This document shows, one piece after another, positions 1-14,080 of a stretch of DNA of 64,000 bases. Numbering within the stretch: position 1 is the first letter of the stretch; the number at the start of each line of letters is the position of its first letter. This DNA comes from Vicugna vicugna (taxonomy: Eukaryota): NCBI GenBank assembly GCA_013265495.1, contig MU058257.1:1443262-1507261 (forward strand). The letters are read 5' to 3'. The notes beneath the pieces were generated by a model, which was not told where the DNA came from, ran no database searches, and saw nothing but the letters and a program-made list of their open reading frames with translations. A program made the translations under genes and the position numbers.

Positions 1-1200
1 CAAAATTAACTCAAGAGGGATGACAAATTTAAATATAAAATGTAAAACTATAAAGCTTTAGAAGAAAACCACAGAAGAAAATCTTTAGGACCTAGCAATG
101 GTGAAGAATTCTTTGAAATACCAAAAGCATGGCCCACAAAAGAAAAACACAGATAAACTAGATATCCTCAGAATTAAAGCATTTCCTCTGTAAAGACACT
201 ACGGGAATGAAAAAGTAAGTACAGCCTGAGAAAAAAATATTTGCAAATCACATATTTGACAAAGAACTCATGTCCAAAATGAGAACAATGAGAAAACAAT
301 CCACTTAAAAGGGCAAAAGACATGAAGCAATCTTTCTTTGAAAAGAATACAAAGATGACAATTAAAGACATGGAAAGATGTTTGACATCACCAGCCACTA
401 GGGAAACGCAAAGTAAGACCACAGTGAGCGACAACCACCCGCCTGTGGGATCAGCGAAAACAGGGCTGCCATCAAGAACGCAGCGAAACTGGATTCTCAC
501 TCACGCTGTTGAAAATGTGAAACTGTACAGCCAGCCTGGAGTACAGCCTGGCAGTGTCTTACAAAACAAGACGTTACTTATCATACCACTCAGCAGCTGC
601 ATTCCTGGGCATTTATCTCAAAGAAATGGAAACTTAAGTCATGTGAAGACCTGTACACAATTGTTAACAGACACTTTCTATTATCAAAAAAATGGGAAAT
701 AACCGAAATATCCTACAATAGGTACACGGTTAAGGAACTACCCATATCACAGAACTCAGTAACATAAATGAACAGACTACCACTACATACGGCAACCTGA
801 GTCGATCTCAAGGCACTATGCTATTGGGGGGGGGGGAGTCAGTCTCCAAAGCCCACATGCGGTAAGATTTCATCTATGTCACATTCTCAAAATGACAAAA
901 TCACAGACACAGGGAACAGACGTGTTGGCAATCTATGAGTAGGGGGTGGGTGTGACCACAGAGGAAGATCTTTGTGATGGAACCCTTGTTTCTTGACTGC
1001 AGAGGTGGTTCCACAAACCCACATGTGTGCTGACATAGAACTACCCCTGCAGGCAGTACCAGTGTCAGCGTTCTGGTTTTGATGTTGTATGACTGTCATG
1101 TAAGTGGTACCTGTTGGGGAAACTGGACGTGGCTACATGAGACCTCTTTGTACCATCTTTGCGACTTCCTGTACGTCTAAAATTATTTCAAAATAAAGAT
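1..1200 (+). mobile_element. Old L1 (L1M-type) ORF2 3' end and 3' UTR, cut by the window edge
   Basis: Decayed L1 ORF2-like text (caaaattaactcaa...aaaactataaagctttagaagaaaac; catcaccagccactagggaaacgcaaagtaagaccacagtgag), ending aaaataaagatttttt. Confidence 0.8.
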
Positions 1201-1833
1201 TTTTTTAAGCTGGAAAACTGTCACATAACACTGCAAGCAAAATTTGCATTTTTGTTCTCCCTTGGTTTTTTCCAGCTAGCTTCTCACCACTGTGCCAGGC
1301 TGGACCCGCCAGGTCAGATTTCTCTAATTTCCTTATTTCTCAGCTCTAAAGTGGAAATACTTAAATTCACCTCATCAGCGCTCCTGAGCAGAGTTCAGGG
1401 ACATTGGAGAAAGGCAATCGGTGGCTGTGCAGGACTTTCTGCACAGCTCGTCCCAGCCACACATCACCAAGTAGTGTCCCCCAACCAGTGGGGCAACCGA
1501 AAAAGCCTCCCATATTCCCGAAACTCAAACTCCCCAGGAACTCATGCTCACTGCGGGTCAACTGCTGACAAGCCAGTGGCTCAGAAGAAGCGCTCAGTGG
1601 CCGGAGTGCTGGCCATAAATTCCGGTTCTCAGCTGTTTCCTTTTGTCTAAGGTTGCACATTATCACTAAACACCAGTAATCACTGAATCCGAAAAACATG
1701 ATAATCACATCAATAGTAACTTCTGAAAACACTGATTTTTTCCCCTAAGCTCCAATAACATAAGAAATTACATTTTTATTGTTTACCTCATCATCACCAA
1801 CGAATTTATCCCCAAAGTTATAAACGCTGTTTC

Positions 1834-1927
1834 GGGGGGAGGGTAGAGCTCAGAGGTAGAGCGCGTGCTTAGCACACACGAGGTCCTGGGTTCCATCCCC
1901 AGCACCTCCATCAAAAAAGAAAAAAAG
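1834..1927 (+). mobile_element. tRNA-derived SINE (camelid-type)
   Basis: Box A-like agctcagaggtagagc, box B-like gggttccatccc, A-rich tail, gctgttt repeated on both flanks (1826-1832, 1930-1936). Confidence 0.85.
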
Positions 1928-4143
1928 AGGCTGTTTGCATTCGTCCTTTCCACATGGCAGTTTATACTTTTGATGGAAACCTTAGAATAAAATTACAGCA
2001 CACCTGTGGGCAGCAAAGGTTACCGGTCAGAACCAATGTGTATTTTAAAGCTCCTCCCAGAAATCAGTGCTAATAAAGCTCGCTCACTGTGCAAATGGCA
2101 CTGAAAAGCAGAGTTTTAAACAGAGGACAGCACTGTGTTTTTTGTGCATTTTAGTGACAACTCAGTCAACCAAAGATGCAAATGGTTTATTACATACTTT
2201 TGCACTTGAATGTCTCGTTTTTTATAAAGAAAAGGGGGCTTTGCAACACAACCAAGTTATATTTACATGTCATACTTTACATGTTGCATGTATTACATTT
2301 CACATGTTCACTTTCATAACATTTTTATTTCTGAAAAAAAAATGCTTGGCTCAGGGGAGAAAATATTTTTGGCGACCTAATAAAAATAGTATTGTTGAAG
2401 GAAACGTCTCAAAAAGAGGGGAATTTGCAGTGCAGCCTGTGATGGTTCCAGACGGTCAGTGTTATAAAAGGACCCCCCTCCGCTCTTTGTGGTGACCCTG
2501 AGGTCACAAATTATCTCTGAGATGCAAGAGTCATCCGTTTTTCTGAACAGTCAGGTTGTTGTTTAGCATTTTCCATCCAATTTATCTCAGGCCAGATCTC
2601 AGCAATGACAGAAGTAACAGATTACCCCAAAACGTAGCCAGAGAAATAAATGTCGATTGCTTTAAGCAGTCCAGAAAGTCCCTCCCAGCCATAAACAAAG
2701 AGTACCGATCTGAGGTTTAAATGGTGGCGGACAGCTGTGCGGACGTGGACGGGATACAGCACCATGCGCTACTCCCCTGTTCTTGGAATGTTAAAAAAAT
2801 TAAAACAACCATTAAAACTTTTCAAACTTTTTATTAAGACTTTAAAAAATGTTAGTAAAGAATTTGTCATTTCAATTTGTTATGTTCAAACATAAATATT
2901 CACACCTTTCCTTTTTGTTAAAAAAAAAAAGTCTTTTCCATTATGATAATGAAATTGCCTTGAACCTGCATGGAAAATAACACACAATAATGTAATACAC
3001 TAAATAAAGTAATAAGGTTAATTTCTTTCCTGCTGTCACTAAATTCATGCTAACAGTCTCTCTTCAGCTTGACATCAATTAATGATTTTCATTCCAGACT
3101 CTTGTCACAGTGTTCGCCGCCCTTTTCTCTAATTAAAATGGATGATCAGGATGAAGAGAAAACACACAAGACTTTTGTTCTGCTAACATTTCTATTCATT
3201 AGAATTTTTGCTTTTACAATAAATGGCTTTTAGCACTAATTGGAGTAGAGTAAAATGAAAATAACTTTTTTATGACCATGAAGTATAGTCCTTATGTATC
3301 TGGAAAAGATAATAGGCGGGTCTGAGAAGCACCCGTGAGGAACCAATTTCTCAGCATGGAAAATCAGCGGCACTGAAATCACTCAGCTGTGTCCGAAATG
3401 CTTCCACCTCCAAAGCTATGAAGCTTCAATACGTGGAACGACCAATGTGTATTTTTTGAAAAAGATTCCAAGAAACAGAAATTGACCTTTAATGATTTCA
3501 GTGAAAAGAAAAACACTTTTAGTGTCTACGTAAGATAGAATATACTAATATTGGTTCAACAAAAAATAAAATAAGTTTCAGATTGCTACAGTTAGCTAAC
3601 TGTTAACTATCTTCAAAACAATATTTAAGAGCTTTAAATCAACCCTTTTGGGAAACATTTTACCTCCAACTTTATTGTACTGCCATCTAGAAGCCTCATT
3701 CTGAGAACAAAGTTCCTGGCTCTTTTCCCAACAATATTTTCTCTCTCTAAAAAAACTCAGTATTACAGAAATTCATCAAATCAAACCTAAGTTCATGGTA
3801 GAATGAAATTTAAGCTACAAGACAACTGGAAAAAACAATTCAATTTAATAGTAGCTTGTGGTCAATGGACTGGCTGCTTTTTATTTGTCTCTCAAAACAC
3901 TTCAGGAAAAGGGCAGACTTCAGAAATCTCAGTCTTCAGTGTACCTGCTGGGCAAAGCCGACAACTGCCATCTACCAAGATGTGAGCTGTCTACATGATG
4001 TCTACACTGAATTCCCCAGAGAAGGACCAGAGTCTGCGAAATTTGAAAAGAGTCATAATCTAAGTGGGGTTTTAGTATTTGTGTAATATCAGGGTAAAAG
4101 TTGATTTGAAAAGAAAAGACTTCCATATTCTGAATGGGTCCTA

Positions 4144-4184
4144 AAAATAAACAAACAAACAAACAAACAAACAAATAAATAAAT
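4144..4184 (+). repeat. (AAAC)n/(AAAT)n microsatellite
   Basis: aaaaataaaacaaacaaacaaacaaacaaacaaataaataaat. Confidence 0.85.
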
Positions 4185-6572
4185 GCATGCTTGAGCAGGA
4201 ACAACCGTTTTAATTTCTAATCCAAGGGAACAGGCTAAGACGCTGACTTACACAGTGGTAACTTTGTAATAGGCATGGCGGGGGGCAGGGGGATTAAACT
4301 TCACCCCTCAAAGCTACAATGAGATAACAGCAATTTTAAAATACAAAATGGTTAAAAGTTGAAAAGAGAGAAAAGAAAAGCATTCACAGAAATAACACTA
4401 ACCATTAGCACAACCACAACTTGTCCAGGGCCTAAGCAGGTGCAAGAATGAGCCCTCCACGAGCCCTGTGCTAAAGGAGACACAGAATTTCTCATAAGTT
4501 CTTGGGAACTAGACCCCGCATTAGCGTCTCTCTAAAATGTTTGTCATTAACTCCAGCCCCACTAACCCCTCCCCTTCCCTAAGCTCTGTAGTCACCAACT
4601 CTCATAACTGATTATGTCATACTGATTTTTTAATGTTAAAGGGTTTAAATCTTTTTTCCCTTTTAACAAAGGTAAGGGATCCCTGAGATAGGAACAATTA
4701 TAGTAATAATAAAATATCCCTATCATCATTTTACGTACTTAATATATTGTGAAACAACAAAAATTCTCTTTCATTAATAAAACACTAGAATATTTCACTA
4801 CCAGCACACACACCCCTCGTAAATAGCCATTCACTCACTCACATTATGTTCAGACTTTCACAAGAGTCAAAGCACTTACAGTTATTTCCAACTCAAAGAG
4901 ATGCTACAATGCCAAACACACCTAAGACAGCGCTCATCAAAACAAAACGCCCTTCCTACCCCGATTACAGGCTGTCGGAAACATCTGTTCCACGCTGCCC
5001 AAGTTTAGTCATAGCAGTGGACTTCCACAAAATTAACAGATTCTTTAAAAATTTTGTCCACCTGAACAATAAATTTTTTTAAATGCCTGATGAACTAATC
5101 TCACTGGTTAGAGTTGACTTTTCTGAGGGATTCAAGAGGTCAGAGAAAATGGGGAGAATTCTGCTACACGATAGAAAAATATATTTTTTCTACTGAAAGG
5201 TTAAGTTTTGAAAGTCAAGCTTTGTTTGAATGACAGTATGTGACCTCCATGCAGAGATTACCCAGGATACTGGGTTCTGATATCAGAATTTGGAGAATCT
5301 GAACACTAAGTTCCAAGCCAAAATGAGTGAAAATTCTTTATTTTTTCAGATTCATAGGGAACACAACTATTATTGCTGTACAGATTATTCCTTCTGTAAT
5401 TTCACTCATTTTTATTCATGCACTTTAAACAAACTTTACTACATTATGAAACATAATTTTTAAAATATCACTTTCTGCAAAAACTAATAAATGTATATTA
5501 TCCTCTGAAAAGGATCTAACCAACTAAGAAAGATCACAAAAATTTTTTTATCAAACTTTCAAGCACTTACTGAGAGCAGATATTAGGAAGAGTTAGTAAA
5601 ACTGAAAAGAGAAATGTAAGTGATTGGGAATTGGGAGCAGAAGTCTGACAAAAAGTTGAAAAATGACCTACCAAGAGCTGGGTGTGTATCACTCAGGGAC
5701 AAAGATAGTTCAATGGCCGGGTACCGAAAAAACAAGGCATTTAAGGGTGGTTATCTCTTTGAATAATGGAACATTTCAATCCATAAATCCTTAGTAGATT
5801 TATAAATACCCTTCATATTCTGGGAGGATTTCATAAGAAATTCATTAACTTTTTAATGACTCCATGAGAAGTATTCAGTCTCCCTGAAAATATTTCCAAC
5901 TTAACAGATTAGCTATAGATAATAGTGTCATAATAGGATCCCTTGTTGAGTAACTACAAAATGTAAGCTGGTTAAAGTTATAAATTTCATTTAATAAAAT
6001 GAGTAACATATGTGGTAAGTATTATTTGCGAGCTAAGAAATCTGGTCAAATATCACAGCTAAGGTTTCATCTTTCACGCCTCCTTTCCTTCCTTCCCATC
6101 CATCCTGTTCATACAAACTTGGCCTCTTCCAGAAAATATTTAACATGATTTTCTAAAAATGCAAAATAAATCAAAACGAAAATAGATATTAACTTTTGAA
6201 AATAGATGTTAGCTTTTTAAAAATATGTATGGGAAGAAGTATGTATTTCAAAGGGGAAAAAGTAGAATAGCGTAGAGCAGTATGCTAACAGCAGCTTATT
6301 ACAGATCAGTTTTTGTTTTCCTATTTTGTTATTTTTTCAAATTTTCCATAGGTACAGAATTAGAATAAATTTAGAATTAGATCTTAAAAAGGTATGTTTT
6401 AAACAGATGAGAATTATGTGAAAAAGAGAGAATTGAAAAAAAAAAAAGAAAGAAAAGAAAAGATGGGTCAGAGATGAGATTCATAAGTACCCCAAACAGA
6501 AGCCATAACAGTAGAGGAAGTTCATGGCACTGGCTCCGAACTTGCTCACGGTTCTGTGAAATAATCAACTCA

Positions 6573-8720
6573 GACAATCCCATTTACAACTGCATCAAAG
6601 AGAATGAAATTTAACTAAAAATAACTGGGAATAACTCTAACTCAGGTGGTCAAAGATCTGAACTCAGAAAACTATAAGACACTGATGAAGGAAAAGTGAA
6701 GACAACACAGACAGACAGATGTATCATGTTCATGGATTGGAAGAATTAATGTTATTAAAATAAGCATATACCCAAGGCAATCTACAGATACAATGCAATC
6801 CCTACCAACTTACCAACAGTATTTCTCACAGAACTGGAACAAATAATTCTAAAATTTGTATGTAAACACAAAGACCCCAAACAGCCCAAACAATCTTAAG
6901 AAAGAAGAACAAAGCTGGAGGTATCATGTACCCCAATTTCAAACTAACCTACAAAGCTATAGTAATCTAAACAGTATGGTACTGGCATAAAAACAGACAC
7001 CCAGATCACTGGAATAGAGTGGAGAGCCCAGAAATGGACCCACACTTATATGGGCAATTAATCTATGAAAAAGGAGGCAAGGATATACATTGGGGAAAAG
7101 ATATTCTCTTCAATGAACAGTGTTGGGAACACTGGACAGCTACAAACAAAAGGATCAGGCTGGACTACTTTCTTACATCATGCACAAAAATAAACTCAAA
7201 ATGGGTTAAAGACTTAAATGTAAGACCTGAAACCATAAAACTCCTAGAAGAAAACACAGACAGTGTGCTCTTTTACATCGATCTCAGCAATATTTTTTTG
7301 GATATGTTTCCTCAGGCAAGGGAAACAAAAGCAAAAACAAACAAATAGGACTACATCAAACTAAAAAGCTTCTGCACAGTGAAGGAAACTATCAATACAA
7401 CTAAAAGACAACCTACTGAATGGGAGAAGATACTTGTAAACAATATTTCCAATAATAGGCTAGTATCCAACATGTACGAAGAATTCATACAACTCAATAT
7501 AAACAAAAACAACCCAATCAAGTAATGGGCAGAGGACCTGATTAGACATTTTTTCAAAAAAGACATACAAGATAGCCAAGAGGGACATGAAAAGATGCTC
7601 AACATCACTAATTATCAGGGAAATACAAATCAAAACCACAATGAGACATCCCCTCACCTGTCAAAATGGCTATTATCGAAAAGATAACGTGTCAGACAGG
7701 ATGTGGAGAAAAGGGAACCCTCCTGTACTGTTGGTGGGAATGAAAGCTGGTGCAGCCACTGTGGAGAACAGTATGGAGGTTCCTTAAGAAGCTAAAACTA
7801 GATCTACCATGCAATCTAGCCATCACACTCCTGGATATTTATTGGAAGAAAATTAAAACGCTAATTTGCAAAGACATGGGCACTTATATGCTTATTGCAG
7901 CATTATTTACAATAGCCAAGACATGGAAGCAACCTAAGAGCCCATCAATAAATGAATGGACAAAGAAGATGTGCTGTATACAATGGGATATTACTCAGCC
8001 ACAGAAAAGAATGAAATCTGGCCTTTGGCAACAACATGGATGGCCCTAGAGGGGATTATGCTAAGTAAAGTAAGTCAGACAAAGACAAATACTACATGAT
8101 TTCACTTACATGTAGAATCCAAAAAAAACGATCGTACCTAAACAGAAATAGAGTTACAGGTACAGAGAACAGGTGGTTGTCCAAGGAGAGAGGGTTGAGG
8201 GAAGGAAACAGGTGAGGGAGGTTAAAAGGGACAAGCTTTCAGTTACAAAGTAAATGAGCCTCGGGGATGAAATGGATAGTGTGAGGAGTACAGTCAATAA
8301 CCATGTAGTATCTCTGTGTGGTGATAGATGGCAACTAGACAACACAGTGGTCAGTCAGAAATGTACAGAAATATTGAATCACTAGGCTGCGTAACAGAAA
8401 CTAACACAGTGCGGTAGGTCAATTATTCAAAAACAAACTCACAGAAACAGATCAGATTTGTGGTGACCAGAAGCAGGAAGCGGGGTGGGGGGGGGACTGG
8501 ATGAAGGCAGCCACAAGGTACAAACTGCCAGTTATGAGATAAATAAGTCCTCCGGATGTAACGTACTGCGTGATAAATGTAACGCTGCTGTACGTTATAT
8601 ATGGACGTTAAGAAAATCCTAGGAGTTCTCATCACAAGGAAAAAATTTTTTTTCTTTTTCTTTAACATTGTATCTACAGGAGATGATGGATGTTCACCAA
8701 ACTTACTGTGGTCACCATTA
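6573..8720 (+). mobile_element. 5'-truncated L1 (ORF2 C-terminal part, disrupted, plus 3' UTR)
   Basis: ORF fragments at 7019-7348, 7587-7787 and 7750-8049 translate to L1 ORF2p-like peptides (KINSKWVKDLNVRPETIKLLEEN; MKRCSTSLIIREIQIKTTMR; IAALFTIAKTWKQPK), broken by stops and frameshifts. Confidence 0.93.
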
Positions 8721-11700
8721 AAAACAACAGCTCTGAGGATTTCTACAGCCAGTTAGATGGAGGAGCTGGATGGACATGGCCGAACCAGGAACCAGTGGTC
8801 CTTCCTTGCCATCAGTATTTTCCAAATGACACAAATTCTAAGAGATGTTAGTACTTTATAGAAAAAAAGAAGTGAAGGGGGATGTTCTGTGAAAAAATAA
8901 GTTAGGGAGTGATGACCCTCTAGTCCCATTTTGGCGACTTACAATGTATAGGAACAGAACAAGGGTTTTGACAAATGACAGAGTGAAGAAATAGGTGTAA
9001 GTGGGTTTAAGCAAGTGTTTCTCAAACATCTTTGCACGTGGAGCCCTATTCTGCTACTTAGTGCTGTCTGGGAGCCGCGCCCCACAGTTCACATGCCCTT
9101 AAACCAGCAGTGGGGATGCCACCAGAGCGAGAGCCAAAACGTGACTTCTGACACAGCACCAAAAGAGACGTCCACTGCCAGGCGTTGTGACAGAAGCTGA
9201 GTGGCCCTGAAGTCACCAGAGTCATGCGCTTGCACAGACTCCATCCGGGGCTTGGAGCCCCAGCCTCTCGGGTGGTGGACATGAGCCAGTAGGGCTCCCT
9301 CCCCCGAGGCACACCTGAAGGAGAAGCCAGGAGGCGGCGGCAAGCACTGGATTCACACCTCAGCTCCAAACACCAATTGCCTGGCTTAGTGTCTCCCGGT
9401 GGCCAAAGCATCACTGAAAGGGTGGGGTACCTGGGCTCAGCACTCCGAGCCAGGGGTCCCAACAGCACATCACAGGACCAACTAACGTCACCCGTGACGC
9501 CTGACTTCTCAAGAGGAGACCTCAGGCGGGCAGACTCAAGTCTGAGGCCAGGGAAGACCACGTGGGGACCCTTCTCACCCATTCTCCTATGCAAAGAGCA
9601 CAGATTCAAGACCCCTCCTTACAGCGAGTGGGAGGAAAGGGAGGAAGTTAGCATGGGTGACGTCAAATTCAATCTCAGAGCCCTGCTCCGAAGAATCTAA
9701 TTTACTTTCACTATCTAAATAGATCTTACCGTGGGAGGAAAAACATTTTAAAGGATATTCACTGTCCTTTCGATTTTTTGATATTCTATATTGGGTAATA
9801 TTCAGGTTTCACAGATTGGTACGGACCCATAAATAGCTGGGTATGTGGGCACGTCATAACTAATCACGAAGGGATGTCAGGTTTTCTATTTTCATTTGGA
9901 ATCAGCCAAAATCGTTTTTGGAACTCAGATAGCTACAGTAAGTAAATAACACTATGGAAGATGCTTCCCTGCCAGTCAGTGGTGAAGTAAAGGCAGTGGT
10001 GAGAATATAAGCTGTGGTTTATTTCTTTTTATCTATTACCGCCAATCAGACTCTTCCCAAGGAAGCTGCAGCTTCCATTCTCAAAAGGAGTGATGCCAAC
10101 AGACAGACATACTAGGAGCGAGGTCACTCCAGAGCAGGATTGCTTATCAAAACCACAAACACTAAACAGGCATCTCTTACACAATTCAACATCTCATACT
10201 GCTGTTGTAAGATCCATGAGTTTAAATAAAACATATTTGTAAAAATTATTACTGAAACACAAAGTAGAGCAGTTTTCTTCAATTACGAAGCTAATTGATT
10301 TTTTTTTTAATGGATCATTCACTTGGCCCTAAAAGATTCTTTATTCTAGGCCTCCTGGACATTGTAAATTCATTAGCATCAACTTAGTTCCCAGAAGTAT
10401 TACATCATAATAGGTACAGACATTGAGATGAAAAGCACAGCTGAGAGGTGAACCATGCCTTAGGCAAATTAATGATACAAGGGCAGCCATTATGTAAAAA
10501 CCATTGTTTGGCTGTAAAAATTTGACTTTGCATTGTAAAAGTATTTTGGAAAAAGTTGATAGAATTCTGCATGGAAGCAGGGCAGCTCATCTTAAACTGC
10601 ATAAAAGGAATATTTAGAATTTGAAAAACAGGGTGGGGGGGCTCTCCCTTTGGCTGGCATCAAGACAGGAGAAGTCTAATGACTCTTCCTCACCCTCAGC
10701 TCACTAACCGAGTCACACATCTGCCCGTGGATAAAGCTGAGTCCATCCATTTACCTGGTACACATGCTTCCTTAAGGGATAGAAAAGCCTCTTACGAGAG
10801 ACGTCTGCACTCGTGAGTACTTAAATGCCGTATTCCACACACCACGGAACACTGCACACAGTGAGTTTATAAGTAAGTGTGAGGATTCCCAAACTGGTGA
10901 GGATTAGAGAGAGTCAAGGAAGCAAGAAAGGTGGAATGACTTTTTCAAAATTGGAGAAGAGTCAGAAGAGTAAACCCAAACTTGCATTACAAAGTCCACA
11001 TGTTCCCCACTTACACGGATTTTATACCCTGAAAAGCCACACACAGAGAATCAGACTGGCCCAGCAGAACAATCCTCAGGGGTCTGGGAAAGATGGATGG
11101 GAAATATCTGAACGTGAATCACTTCTACAGAAAAGTGGTAGGACCCCCTGTCTAGTTCTTCTGCCCCCTGTGAAGTGAGAGGCGGCAGGTGTCTTGGCTC
11201 TAGGACTGTACTCAGCACAGCAGACGTGGTCCTAAGACGCTGGGCTAGAGTCCTGGCTACCAGCCGTGTTGAGGTTCACAACCTTGATCGAGGCAGCAGG
11301 AACTCCCTGACCCCCCAGTTATTAAAAGTAAAAGAAGGAAGTCTTCTGTGGCAACTCTGAAAATGAAATGGATGCTACAGGGAGACTTGCTCCACACCTG
11401 TGAACTCTAGTAACCCCGGCGTGAGCTGGCTCTCTCATCCCCTGTGAATTATAATGAGAAAAATGCTAATCACTTAGAAAATGATCTTCGAGTGTCTGCT
11501 TAAAGTGACTTTTCATTCATTTCAGTGGTCTTTGGTTTCCCAGCATGAAATGATTCAACAACAGATAACAATCTTTCTGGAAGTGACGGAGTAAAATTTA
11601 AGCAGAAAACGTCTCACAAAGTGTGATAGTGAAACAGAAGGAGAAAAAAGAAATGGCAGGTTTGATAGGAAAACAACACAGTAAAAAAATCAGTAGCCTC

Positions 11701-12145
11701 CCCAATTCCTGTTAGAAATCAAAATATTTTACATGAGATACATAAACTCAAACAGTTCTACTTCCAGAGGAGTATTGCTTTAAAATGATTATAATATACT
11801 ATATACTTGTAGATGAATGAGACTGAATTTTACCATATTTCTTGTGATTTTAAAAGTGATCATAAATTCAGTACTAATGTTTATTTATTGATCTCATAAG
11901 CCCTACTGTCTCCTGTGCAAAGATCTTAACTAAAACCAATAAAATGCATTTTATTCCCTCAAATAAATATAAGGTGTTTTCTTTTCACGTTTCTTTATTC
12001 ATCCCACAACCACCAATATTTGGACTGACACAGAAAAAAATAAATATCAATGGAATGCAACCTCATTATATTAGAAAAAGAAAACAAAGAATGCGGGGGG
12101 GAAGCACCTCCCTCCCGCGGGGTCTCCGGGAGTGCCCGCAGCCTA

Positions 12146-12406
<261 letters not shown>

Positions 12407-13957
12407 TTAAATTAGAAATTTCCAGGAAAAAAAAAAAAGACCCTTGGGGAAATGGCCTCAACATCCATTTTTTTCTTTGGGCAAAACAAAAACACCACCA
12501 CCACCATCCTTGCGGGTCATCCTTATTACACTAACAACCCATAAACGTATAGAACTGAGTGCCAGATCCTTCCAGCACTGGACGACAAAAATCTGTATCA
12601 GAGTGGGTTTCTCTCAGGACTGAAGAATGATAATCCACAATCATCTATTCAATCATCTCTCCCTAAACAACTATGCTTCTTTATGTTCACAGTCAGGTTT
12701 ATTGGAGACATTCATCATTGTTTACACTCTGACAACCAAGGCCGTGTTTGCGAGGTCCTGAGTACAAAGGACCGTTCACCCTGATCATCCACCCTGCCAT
12801 CAGACCGCAGGCGCACTAAAGGGAAAGCTGTAAGTCTCTTCAAATCCTCCTCTACAATCGGATGAGCAGGAATGGCCCAACGTGGCACAGTCGACCTGGA
12901 AATCTGCATCTGATCAAAAGCATGAAGGCTGAGCATGCGCCTCAGAAACCGTCCACACACACATCCCCAGATGGGCAGGAACTCCAGGCCGTCCAAGAGG
13001 ATGCTCCCCTCTGCTGCTGGCATCCACAGTCTCTCCGCAGCCTCGGACAGGAGATCAGTGCTTCTTCCTGCTGTTACCTTTCACGACTTTTCTCCAGACT
13101 GTGCTGCCTGGAATGTGTATGTCCCCCACCTTGAATAATATCCGTCTGTGGTGATGTGGTCACCAGATGTTTCAAACCAGAAGTCTTTTACAGACAGTTA
13201 GTCAACTGGGCATTCATAATATATCCAGTATAGTGAGGATTTCTTTCTGAGGACAAAGTAGGAATCTGGCTAATGGTGACAAGTAATCACATTGAAAAGA
13301 AGAAGAGTGAAAAGGTAGGTCCAAGGGTGAAAGAAAAGAGAAAAAAGGTGTCTCAATTAACATCTTGGTTGGGAGCATAGGTCTTTCTTCTTTAATATAA
13401 ACCTGATTTCAAGCACTGGTCTAGGCAAGGAAGTATGAACGGAAACATCGCTTATGTCCACTAAAGTCACACTGCACTAAAAGTAAGTATGGAAAGGATC
13501 CTTAAGATGTTAAAATAGGAAACAGTCAAAGCAATACCACCGCTATTCCTTTAAAATTATGCACAATACTCATCAGCGTTGAAAATTACCTACAAAATAA
13601 ACTTCCATAAAGCAAATCTATCCTTACATTTTAATGCCTTTTGGAAACTGGAAGATCATTTCAGTTGCAAAAAAGGAGAAAAAAGAAAAAAAGGAAAAGA
13701 AAACAAGTCCCTAAGAAATTTAGCCCAGGAACTGACGACTTCTGACAAGGGATACACTACGTACTATGCTTTTAAAACGAAAAATACAAAGCTTTAAAAA
13801 TAAAATTAAAACTTTCTTTCCTGTGTTTTTGTCAACATATGAATAATGCTTAAGAGGTAAGCATAATGATTGCCTTTACAGAATGAGTTGATAAAGAAAT
13901 GAAAAAGCAAACATAAAAAACAGACACATCTCAGAAGAAGCCAACATCTAAAATACA

Positions 13958-14080
13958 ATGTTCATTCCCTTTCAAACATTTACTGAACATCTGCAAGAGG
14001 TTCTGGGGAGAAGACAGGGCTGCATAAATTAACGTGCGTGGGTGTCATCAGCACGTGGACGGCCCTTAACGCCCCAGGGA
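13958..14080. mobile_element. L2-like fragment
   Basis: ttcattccctttcaaacatttactgaacatct and gtgtcatcagcacgtggacggcccttaacgcc resemble L2 3' region; heavily decayed. Confidence 0.45.

Noticed and set aside
1834..1910. tRNA-like sequence (also at 21866, 26228, 48497, 60191, 61650)
   Set aside because: Diverged copies with A tails and flanking duplications: SINEs, not tRNA genes.
7019..8049. ORFs with L1 ORF2p similarity
   Set aside because: Fragments of a dead, 5'-truncated L1; not a gene.
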